In this document: piece by piece, positions 1 through 7,268 of the stretch
Layout: every line of letters begins with the position of its first letter
Numbering within the stretch: position 1 is the first letter of the stretch
IMG/VR virus record: IMGVR_UViG_3300042922_000836
Span: 1 to 64,000 of that record
Strand: one strand, 5' to 3'
DNA: 64,000 nucleotides
Source of the DNA: a virus
The notes under the pieces: model-generated
The model's input: the letters and a program-made list of their open reading frames with translations, nothing else
Databases searched by the model: none
Told to the model about the DNA's origin: nothing
Program-made: the position numbers and the translations under genes

Positions 1-219
1 CATCCTACTCAAAAACCTGTAGCTTTGTGCGAATATTTAATTAACACATATTCAAATGAGAGTGAAACAATTTTAGATAATTGTATGGGTTCTGGAACAA
101 CTGCAATTGCTTGTTTAAATTTAAATAGAAATTATATAGGTTTTGAATTGGATAAAGTTTATTTTGATATTTGCTGTAAACGGATTAATGAAAGGAAAAA
201 AATTGATAGAAATAAATAA
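1..219 (+). CDS. N4-C/N6-A DNA methyltransferase (beta class), C-terminal part, truncated by window edge
   Basis: Frame open from base 1: HPTQKPVALCEYLINTYSNESETILDNCMGSGTT...GFELD (motif X and SAM-binding motif I). Confidence 0.9.
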   Translation, partial: HPTQKPVALCEYLINTYSNESETILDNCMGSGTTAIACLNLNRNYIGFELDKVYFDICCKRINERKKIDRNK

Positions 220-1006
220 AATTCATAATGCAAATTGTTTAGATATAATGAAAGAAATACCTGATAAATCAATACATATGATACTTTGTGATTTACCTTA
301 CGGAACAAGTGCTTCATCATGGGATAAAAAATTGCCTATGGACAAGCTTTGGTATGAATATGAAAGAATTATAATGCCAAATAGAGCAATCGTATTATTT
401 GCTCAACAGCCATTTACTTCTTTATTAATAGCATCGAATATAAATCTTTGGAAATATAATTGGATTTGGGAAAAAGATAACGGAACGAATTTTCTTAACA
501 GTCATTATTGTCCTTTAAAAATAACTGAAGATATTTGTGTATTTGGTGACGGTGCTACTTCTTATGTTAAAAAAGGTGAAAACCTTATTTATAATCCGCA
601 GTTTACCGAGGGTAAACCTTATACAATAAAAAGTGGACAACAAAAAGGTGATTCCGCAGTAGTTAGGAGTGGTACAGGTGGCAGAGAAGATATTGGTGGT
701 TATGTTACAGAATCCGATGGAAAGCGGTATCCTAAGAACCTTATTAAATTTAATAGAGATAAAGAAAAATTACATCCTACTCAAAAGCCTGTGGCTCTTT
801 GTGAGTTTCTCATTCGTACATATTCAAATGAGGGAGAAATCATTTTAGATAACTGTGCGGGATCTTTTACAACTGCTGTAGCTTGTGACAATACAAACAG
901 AAATTGGTTTTGTATTGAAAAAGAATTTTCATATTGTAATGTTGGTCTTAACAGAGTGAATGAAAATAGAGAACGATTAAATATATTAAAAAGCTGTATT
1001 GCTTAA
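203..1006 (+). CDS. N4-C/N6-A DNA methyltransferase (beta class)
   Basis: Motif IV variant DLPY, HPTQKP, DNCAGSFTT. Likely TTG start at 203 after AAAGGA (ORF track starts at 143). Confidence 0.9.
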   Translation: MIEINKIHNANCLDIMKEIPDKSIHMILCDLPYGTSASSWDKKLPMDKLWYEYERIIMPNRAIVLFAQQPFTSLLIASNINLWKYNWIWEKDNGTNFLNSHYCPLKITEDICVFGDGATSYVKKGENLIYNPQFTEGKPYTIKSGQQKGDSAVVRSGTGGREDIGGYVTESDGKRYPKNLIKFNRDKEKLHPTQKPVALCEFLIRTYSNEGEIILDNCAGSFTTAVACDNTNRNWFCIEKEFSYCNVGLNRVNENRERLNILKSCIA

Positions 1007-1020
1007 AGGAGAATAAAAAT

Positions 1021-1380
1021 ATGGAAGAAAAAATTGGTGTTGAAACTACATATATAAAAAAAGATAGAGAACGAGCATTAAATTATCTTAGAAGAGAGTT
1101 GTTTAAAAAATTATCTGAAGTTTTAAATGTAAATTATTTAGCTGAATATCCTTCAGGTGATGTTGATAAAGAATATTATACCATATCAATAAATGAATGT
1201 CCAGAACAAATTGATTATAGCAGTAATGGTGAAATGGTTAGTAAACGTATGTATGCAACTATTAGCAGATGTGAAACAGAAATTGTTCATATACCATCAA
1301 GTGAAACATGTTACTTGAGTAAAAAAGCTTCTTTTATTCAAAAATTAAACAACTGTTTTAATTATTTAAAAATGAGGTGA
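1021..1380 (+). CDS. hypothetical protein
   Basis: 119-aa ORF with AAAGGAG SD. Confidence 0.7.
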   Translation: MEEKIGVETTYIKKDRERALNYLRRELFKKLSEVLNVNYLAEYPSGDVDKEYYTISINECPEQIDYSSNGEMVSKRMYATISRCETEIVHIPSSETCYLSKKASFIQKLNNCFNYLKMR

Positions 1381-1390
1381 AAAAATTGTT

Positions 1391-1447
1391 TATGGTTGAG
1401 ATGCAAATCCTTGGGTTTGGGTTTATGAATTTGAAAGAATAAAATAA
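1391..1447 (+). pseudogene. remnant of a phage gene ending in the YGWDANPWVWVxEF motif
   Basis: Translates as YG*DANPWVWVYEFERIK*, with TGA where TGG is expected and no upstream body. Confidence 0.5.
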
Positions 1448-1468
1448 AAAATGTAGGGGGTTATTAAT

Positions 1469-4030
1469 ATAGCATTAAACAAACAAATATATATTTATTC
1501 AGTGGATACAAGTGCTTTTTATAATGTAGATGAGTTAGAAATACATAATAACATAAACAAATTACATAAAGAAAAAAAGGAAAAATCCATTGATAAAGAA
1601 AACAAAATAAAAATAAATAAAGAGATAAAAGAAAATAAAACAAAGCTTTATTCTATCTTTAAAAATAATATAGGGATAAGACAGTTAAATCCTAAGTCTT
1701 TAAATAAATATAGAATTATATCTGTATTTGAATCCGCATTAACAAGAACGTTAAAAATGGAAACAAACCAATTGTATGATGATTTAATCGTTGTCCAAAC
1801 TTATTTCTTTGATATTATTGAGGACATTATACTTGATGGATTTTATCTTAATGGCGAAAAGTATGTTTGCTTTACTGCATCGGCTGGACAGATACGTACA
1901 AAGAAAACTGTATTCATTAAAGAACGGTTATTATCAAAATATTGCGAAACATTAATGTGCGGTTTAAATCTTGATATTATTAATGCATGTGGTGGAATTA
2001 ATGTTAATAAATATCTGGCTTATCTTGCTTTATGTAATAGTGCAACAGATGTTTGGAATGAATTTGATATTAACAAATCAATTGTAATTGATGATATGGA
2101 AACTATTGTACATGGTACTGTTGATTTTATTGATGATGAAATTTATAAGATAGAACGCAAGATAATGGATATTCCTATTACTCACACTGATGGTTGCGGT
2201 ATGATGTTACCATCATTAAGTCGAAAAAACATGATGTGCAGATTACCTTGGGTAAAAGGATTATTGGTTTCTTTCCCTTTCACAAAATTTATCCGAGAGG
2301 CAAATGCAAAAGATCCGTCAAAGAACCATGCATTATTAACAGATATATATGGGGTAGAGCATGATGTATTAAAAGAAGATATTCAAGTGATTTTTACCAA
2401 AAGCCAATTTAAGATGTATAAATATTATAAGAGTTGGGATGAGTACAAAAATAATTATATTAAATATAATTGTACTGCGGGAATGTGCAATGAAGAAGAA
2501 GATTATTTTGAAGATGCTAAGATAAATTATCAGATGATACAAACATTAACTGATATGACAGATGATGAGCTTCGCAAAATTGCATCAGCATCACTTGATA
2601 GAATATCAAAATTAGCTATTGATAGGAAAACAATGCTTAAAGTCTTTGGTGTAACCGAGGGAAATAAAAATAAAACTAATCTTCAACAAGCTTTGGAAAT
2701 ATATCCTGAACTTTTAGCAGATACATATACAAAGGAAATCTTAAAACAAATTAAGAAAAAGTTGGTCAAAGATGCAAGGTCGGCAAAACTTGATATAAAA
2801 GGAAAATATACATTTATAATTCCTGACTTATATGCGTTTTGTGAATACATATTCTTAGGAGATAAAAATCCAAAAGGCTTATTGGAAAACGGACAAGTAT
2901 CTTGTAAAATATATAAAAAGCATCCAAAGCTTGATTGTTTGCGAAGTCCTCATTTATATAGAGAACATGCAGTACGGAATAATGTAATAAATAGCGAAAT
3001 AGAAAAATGGTTCACCACTTATGGGTTATATACAAGCTGTCATGATTTAATAAGCAAAGTCCTTCAATTTGATGTTGATGGTGATAAATCATTGGTTTGT
3101 GCCGATGAAACAATAATTACGGTTGCTGAAAGAAACATGAAAGATGTTGTACCTTTATATTATAAAATGCGTAAAGCGGGAGCAGAAAAAATTGATAATA
3201 AAAAAATATTTCAAGGTTTGGTTTCTGCTTATACAGGTGGCAATATCGGTATGATTAGCAATGATATTACAAAGATCTGGAACAGTAATAATGTTAATTT
3301 GGATGTTATCAAGCTGTTATGTATGGAAAACAACTTTACAATTGACTTTGCAAAGACATTATATAAACCCACAAGACCAAAACATATAAAAAGTCTTATC
3401 TCAAGATATACCAGAGCAAAAACTCCACATTTCTTTATTTATGCAAAAGACAAGACAAAAACTCAAATTGAATCTATTAATGATAGTATCGTAAATAAGC
3501 TTGATAAAATCATACCTAATAAGAGAATTAATTTTCAAGCTGATAATTTGGGCAAGTTCAATTATAAATATCTTATGCATGATAATAAGACTGAAATTAA
3601 TGAAGATATTATAAAAAAATATGATGAACTCAATACAAAAAATCATTTTACCATGAATAATCAGGATATTGAAAATAGCAATATTGATTATCTGTATCAG
3701 GAAATAAGGAACAAATTATTAGATGGTTATGATAAATTGTATGTGGTTGATGTTTTGATAAAATATCTTTATGGAGTTAAAAACAGTAAACACAAAGAAA
3801 CTTTATGGATAAGTTTCGGTGACATTATCATTGAAAACTTAAAAAATAATCTCAAAGAAGATTTGGAAAACGGATATATCCTTTGTTCAGATTGCGGAAA
3901 AAGAATTCCTAAGAATTCTAACAGTCAAAATATGTGTGAAGAATGTTATGTAATTCATAGAAAAGAATATTACCGTAACAAAAAACGTGAACAAAGACGA
4001 AAATCTTGTCCACAAATAGAAATTGCTTGA
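1469..4030 (+). CDS. yonO: YonO-like single-subunit DNA-dependent RNA polymerase
   Basis: ~850 aa with catalytic QFDVDGD, RSPH, HTDGCG and a C-terminal CxxC...CxxC. Frame is open to ATA at 1469, 8 nt after SD AGGGGG (ORF track starts at 1502). Confidence 0.88.
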   Translation: MALNKQIYIYSVDTSAFYNVDELEIHNNINKLHKEKKEKSIDKENKIKINKEIKENKTKLYSIFKNNIGIRQLNPKSLNKYRIISVFESALTRTLKMETNQLYDDLIVVQTYFFDIIEDIILDGFYLNGEKYVCFTASAGQIRTKKTVFIKERLLSKYCETLMCGLNLDIINACGGINVNKYLAYLALCNSATDVWNEFDINKSIVIDDMETIVHGTVDFIDDEIYKIERKIMDIPITHTDGCGMMLPSLSRKNMMCRLPWVKGLLVSFPFTKFIREANAKDPSKNHALLTDIYGVEHDVLKEDIQVIFTKSQFKMYKYYKSWDEYKNNYIKYNCTAGMCNEEEDYFEDAKINYQMIQTLTDMTDDELRKIASASLDRISKLAIDRKTMLKVFGVTEGNKNKTNLQQALEIYPELLADTYTKEILKQIKKKLVKDARSAKLDIKGKYTFIIPDLYAFCEYIFLGDKNPKGLLENGQVSCKIYKKHPKLDCLRSPHLYREHAVRNNVINSEIEKWFTTYGLYTSCHDLISKVLQFDVDGDKSLVCADETIITVAERNMKDVVPLYYKMRKAGAEKIDNKKIFQGLVSAYTGGNIGMISNDITKIWNSNNVNLDVIKLLCMENNFTIDFAKTLYKPTRPKHIKSLISRYTRAKTPHFFIYAKDKTKTQIESINDSIVNKLDKIIPNKRINFQADNLGKFNYKYLMHDNKTEINEDIIKKYDELNTKNHFTMNNQDIENSNIDYLYQEIRNKLLDGYDKLYVVDVLIKYLYGVKNSKHKETLWISFGDIIIENLKNNLKEDLENGYILCSDCGKRIPKNSNSQNMCEECYVIHRKEYYRNKKREQRRKSCPQIEIA

Positions 4031-4192
4031 AACCCGCATAGAATGGGCATTAATCAAGGTTTCAAGTAATATTATTTTTGCAAAAATGTTCACTTTTCGT
4101 GATTGTTAAGCCATTTTTTCACATTTTGAGATAATTCCCTACAAGGGAAGAAAGTCTAATTTACACGTAATAAGAGATATATTCTTTACAAA

Positions 4193-4226
4193 GAAATAGG
4201 GGTATAGCACCCTATACCCTTATTTT
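4193..4226 (+). terminator. hairpin, possible terminator or regulatory stem after the RNAP gene
   Basis: Imperfect inverted repeat AAATAGGGGTATAG...CTATACCCTTATTT. Confidence 0.45.
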
Positions 4227-4304
4227 AATTTTAGATAAAGATTATACTTTCCCAAAATAAAATTAACGTGTTATATTAATTAAAATTAAAGGTGGTTAAA
4301 AAGT

Positions 4305-4640
4305 TTGATCCCAATTTCGCAAGAAGAAAGTTTTTATGTCAGAAAAACATATCCTGATGTTTCTATTGTTGTTATTAATCCTGAACATATGAGTAGGTCA
4401 AAGGGTTATGTTATGACAGCAATAAAGAAAGCTTTATATTTGATAATGAATACTAATATAAAAGCAAGACAGGAATTAATCGAGATTTTGAATAACGAGG
4501 CATCGACAATTCGTGAGTATCTTTTAAGGTTAAAGAAAACTGACAAAAATGATACTAAAAAAATCGAAAGATTAAAAAAAGAAACAAGACTGATAGAAAT
4601 TGAAAGTGAAATTAAAGATATCATAGAATTAGGTATCTAA
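4305..4640 (+). CDS. hypothetical protein
   Basis: 111 aa, TTG start after AAAGGTGG. Confidence 0.65.
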   Translation: MIPISQEESFYVRKTYPDVSIVVINPEHMSRSKGYVMTAIKKALYLIMNTNIKARQELIEILNNEASTIREYLLRLKKTDKNDTKKIERLKKETRLIEIESEIKDIIELGI

Positions 4641-4657
4641 AAAAGGAGTTTTATTAT

Positions 4658-4864
4658 TTGATTAGCAATGACATGTGTATGAAATGCACAAAAGAGCCTG
4701 TATGTAAAAATAGAGATATTCTTTTAAAATTCAGTGATAATGCAAAGAAACCTCTTGGTGTTAATATATCATTAAATTCTTGTTCTTATTTTGATCCTGA
4801 GCCTGATATTGATGATAACGATGACGATTCTGATGATAATTCAGATGATGGAAAGGATGAATAA
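4658..4864 (+). CDS. small Cys-rich protein with acidic tail
   Basis: CxxC-x4-C...C and Asp-rich C-terminus; SD AAAGGAG. Confidence 0.6.
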   Translation: MISNDMCMKCTKEPVCKNRDILLKFSDNAKKPLGVNISLNSCSYFDPEPDIDDNDDDSDDNSDDGKDE

Positions 4865-5831
4865 TATTTCCCAATATGAAGAAATAAAAAGAATTGTAAA
4901 AGGTAAATTAGTTGATAAAACTATTAAAGATGATTTTGAAAGTTTAAGTGAACCTCTTTTTGGCGAGGGAAATTGTTTTAGTTCTGATGAAGTTCGTAAA
5001 CGTATGTATGGTATGAAATATTTAATTGATGTACTTGAAATTGAACGTTATTTTGAAAAATTGTATAAAAAGATATTATCGATTTCAGATTTACATACTC
5101 CCTTTCAACTCCCTATTGAAACATTTAAAGATTATAAAGAAAAGGTAGACATTTTAGTATTAAACGGTGATTTACAAGATGCACAGTCTGTAAGTAAATT
5201 CCCTAAAAAGTATAGGATTCCGTTTGATGAAGAAATGATTGAAACAAGACAATACATAATTGATTTAATAAATTATATTAAGCCAAAAAAAGTTTATATA
5301 AATAAAGGTAATCATGAAGATAGATTATTAAAATTATTATCTGATAAACTTAATGACGATTTATTAAGAATATTGCCTGATTCTCCCCTTGATTTAATTA
5401 TAAATGATGGGTTTAAAATTACAAATAGAAGAAATAAAACAGAAACATGGTATTCACCTGTTAAAGAAATATTTAATGATATTGAGATTATTTATACAAG
5501 AGATTGGAAGTGTAAAATCGGTAAAACAATTTTTGCACATCCCCTTGCTTATTCGTCTGGTATGTTAAAGACAACTGAAAAAGCTGTTAATTATTTCTTG
5601 CGTGAAGATAGAGATTTCGATACTATTGTTTTAGCACATACTCATAAATTGGGTAGTTTCTTGCAAGGTAATATTTATTTATATGAGCAAGGATGTAGCT
5701 GTAAAACAGAGGAATTAAGCTATACAGATGGTTATCTCACTTTACCAGCACAAAAAGGATTTATATTTGTATGTCAAGATAAAGATGGTAATCTTATTCA
5801 TGATAAAACAAAATTAATCGAAATTAAATAA
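4857..5831 (+). CDS. calcineurin-like metallophosphoesterase
   Basis: Motifs SDLH, NGD, GNHE, HP, AHTH; start chosen at ATG 4857. Confidence 0.85.
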   Translation: MNNISQYEEIKRIVKGKLVDKTIKDDFESLSEPLFGEGNCFSSDEVRKRMYGMKYLIDVLEIERYFEKLYKKILSISDLHTPFQLPIETFKDYKEKVDILVLNGDLQDAQSVSKFPKKYRIPFDEEMIETRQYIIDLINYIKPKKVYINKGNHEDRLLKLLSDKLNDDLLRILPDSPLDLIINDGFKITNRRNKTETWYSPVKEIFNDIEIIYTRDWKCKIGKTIFAHPLAYSSGMLKTTEKAVNYFLREDRDFDTIVLAHTHKLGSFLQGNIYLYEQGCSCKTEELSYTDGYLTLPAQKGFIFVCQDKDGNLIHDKTKLIEIK

Positions 5832-5839
5832 AATTCAAG

Positions 5840-6350
5840 TTCGTACTGTGATGTTCTTCGGACTCATGGTCTTATAATTTGCGATCTTGCTACTGATCTC
5901 TACGGAACAGTAGTTAAAGTGTGACTGACACTGTAAAAATCTGAAACTGATTTTCTGAGTATAAAAGCCAGAAAATTGCTTGTAGAACGTATGTGTCTAC
6001 TGTTGGTTTGACAACGATAAAAACAAACATGTTTATCGGACTTCGTGAGTCGATGGTTGGCAGACAACATAAAAATCAGTCAAATCTCAAAGATGGGGTT
6101 TACTACTGCGGTAGTTCTCCCTACTTTGTAGAATGGGTATGAAACCCCAACAAAGAAGATTAACTAATATAGTGTGATGGTTTTTCGACTATCCAAATTA
6201 AAAAAGGGTTACCTTTTTGAATGAGAGTGATAGAAATATTGCTTTCTATTTTTACAAAGTAGAAAGTAGTCGGTACACTACTTTTTATACGGAATTGCGG
6301 TGAGTCATCTGCGGATGCCATCTTAGAATAGTGGTTACGACTGCTATTCT
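5840..6350 (+). ncRNA. large ornate structured ncRNA candidate (ROOL/GOLLD-like context)
   Basis: ~510-nt region with no credible ORF, GC-richer than its flanks, with more than 10 nested stems, long-range pairings and a C(UUCG)G loop; lies directly 5' of the tRNAs. Confidence 0.65.
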
Positions 6351-6357
6351 TATATAT

Positions 6358-6433
6358 TGCGGAATGTAAGCAGTGGTAGCTGGTTAGGCTCATAACCTAA
6401 AGGTCGAGAGTTCGAATCTCTCTTCCGCATCCA
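6358..6433 (+). tRNA. tRNA-CAT (Met, initiator-like body; Ile2 not excluded)
   Basis: Acceptor TGCGGAA/TTCCGCA, anticodon arm TTAGG-CTCATAA-CCTAA, T loop TTCGAAT, encoded CCA. Confidence 0.92.
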
Positions 6434-6436
6434 ATT

Positions 6437-6500
6437 GATTATGTAACAGACGAATAGGACAACTTAATTATTGCTATTTTCAGTCTGCATTTACATAATC
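6437..6500 (+). ncRNA. long interrupted hairpin between tRNAs
   Basis: Nested stems GATTATGTAA/TTACATAATC (10 bp), CAGAC/GTCTG and GAATAG/CTATTT. Confidence 0.45.
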
Positions 6501-6506
6501 TTATAT

Positions 6507-6580
6507 CGAAGAATAGTGTAATGGTAACACAACGGACTTTGACTCCGTTATTCTAAGTTCGAATCTTAGTTCTTCAACCA
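6507..6580 (+). tRNA. tRNA-Gln(TTG)
   Basis: Anticodon arm ACGGA-CTTTGAC-TCCGT, T loop TTCGAAT, encoded CCA, C1:A72 mismatch. Confidence 0.92.
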
Positions 6581-6585
6581 AATAT

Positions 6586-6659
6586 CGAGAAATAGTGTAA
6601 TGATAGCACAGTAGATTTGGGATCTACCAGTTTGGGTTTAATTCCTGATTTTTCGACCA
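6586..6659 (+). tRNA. tRNA-Pro(TGG), atypical D and T loops
   Basis: Acceptor CGAGAAA/TTTTTCG, anticodon arm GTAGA-TTTGGGA-TCTAC, CCA; T loop reads TTTAATT and the D loop lacks GG. Confidence 0.75.
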
Positions 6660-6684
6660 AGGAAACCCCTTGCCTTAGTAGGGA
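6659..6684 (+). ncRNA. ToxI-like H-type pseudoknot (unit A)
   Basis: S1 AAGG/CCTT, S2 CCCT/AGGG; resembles the recalled B. thuringiensis ToxI core. Confidence 0.45.
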
Positions 6685-6686
6685 TA

Positions 6687-6787
6687 TATACAGTGGTGGA
6701 ATAGGTAAACACACAAATACGGTTGATAGGCAACGGAGTTTTGGAAAGGTCTATTATATAAGGTGCAAATCCTTATCTGTATATCAA
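6687..6787 (+). ncRNA. tRNA-like RNA without a canonical anticodon arm
   Basis: Acceptor TATACAG/CTGTATA, Leu-type D arm GTGGAATAGGTAAACAC, T arm ATAAGG-TGCAAAT-CCTTAT; central ~45 nt are non-canonical. Confidence 0.55.
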
Positions 6788-6860
6788 AGAGGTTGTTGAT
6801 ACCTTTAAATCAAGCTTTATATTCAAGGTGTTTCGCTACCTAAAATGCGAAGTTTATATG
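6788..6860 (+). ncRNA. tandem ToxI-like pseudoknots (units B, C; 36-nt period)
   Basis: B: AGAGGT/ACCTTT plus TTGAT/ATCAA. C: AGGTG/TACCT plus TTTCGC/GCGAAG. Both end in AAG(C)TTTATAT. Confidence 0.65.
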
Positions 6861-6868
6861 CATGTGAG

Positions 6869-6933
6869 TGACTACTTTAGTGTCAAATTTAAAACGAGTG
6901 TTCCCTACTTTAATGGGAAATATTTTTTAAGTG
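6869..6933 (+). ncRNA. tandem H-type pseudoknots (units D, E; 33-nt period)
   Basis: TGAC-TACTTTAGT-GTCA-N10-GAGTG and TCCC-TACTTTAAT-GGGA-N10-AAGTG: same geometry, compensatory stem 1. Confidence 0.6.
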
Positions 6934-6960
6934 CTTCGCTATAAGCAACTTATAACAGAA

Positions 6961-6996
6961 CCTCTCGCACCTCTTAATAATGTGTACCAGTAGAGG
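6961..6996 (+). ncRNA. abiF-motif-like structured RNA
   Basis: Outer stem CCTCT/AGAGG and inner stem GCAC/GTGT; the reverse complement CTGGTACACATTATTAAGAGGTGCG resembles the element recalled beside Abi_2/AbiF genes. Confidence 0.45.
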
Positions 6997-7032
6997 GCAT
7001 TATGGTTTACGGTTTTCCTTAAACCGTTCTAT

Positions 7033-7108
7033 GTGGGTGTAGCTTAGTTGGTAGAGCAAGGAGCTTTTAACTCCGAGGTCAGAGGTTCGATTCCTTTCAC
7101 CCGCACCA
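7033..7108 (+). tRNA. tRNA-Lys(TTT)
   Basis: Acceptor GTGGGTG/CACCCGC, anticodon loop CTTTTAA, T loop TTCGATT, encoded CCA. Confidence 0.93.
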
Positions 7109-7173
7109 TTTATTTCTCAATAATTCTTATTTTCGTTCATATTTTATATCTCTCATTTGGGATTATTACTTTG

Positions 7174-7261
7174 ATTGTTGCCTATCGTCTGGCAACTAAA
7201 ACATTGACGATTTGCTTTCAATTGTCACCTACCGTCTGGTGACTGATAAATTGACGGTTTG
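7174..7261 (+). ncRNA. tandem H-type pseudoknots (units F, G; 47-nt period; CptI-like size)
   Basis: F: GTTGCC/GGCAAC plus ATCGTC/GACGAT. G: GTCACC/GGTGAC plus ACCGTC/GACGGT. Both stems covary. Confidence 0.72.
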
Positions 7262-7268
7262 ATAGAAA

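Noticed and set aside
5840-6350. Group I intron, RNase P RNA or tmRNA
   Set aside because: There are no interrupted exons, GACTA lies after rather than before its partner, the GAGGAAAGTCC signature is absent, and there are no tRNA-Ala-like ends or tag ORF.
6788-6820. preQ1 riboswitch (AGAGGTT start)
   Set aside because: It lacks the A-rich 3' tail and a downstream regulated gene, and is better explained as the paralogue of the adjacent pseudoknot.
6160-7242. ORF-track ORFs 6160-6393(-), 6617-6799(+) and 7048-7242(+)
   Set aside because: They overlap tRNAs and structured RNAs and lack SD sequences, so they are considered spurious.
6659-7261. CRISPR array or mini-array
   Set aside because: The repeats are contiguous, covarying pseudoknots without unique spacers, and there are no cas genes.
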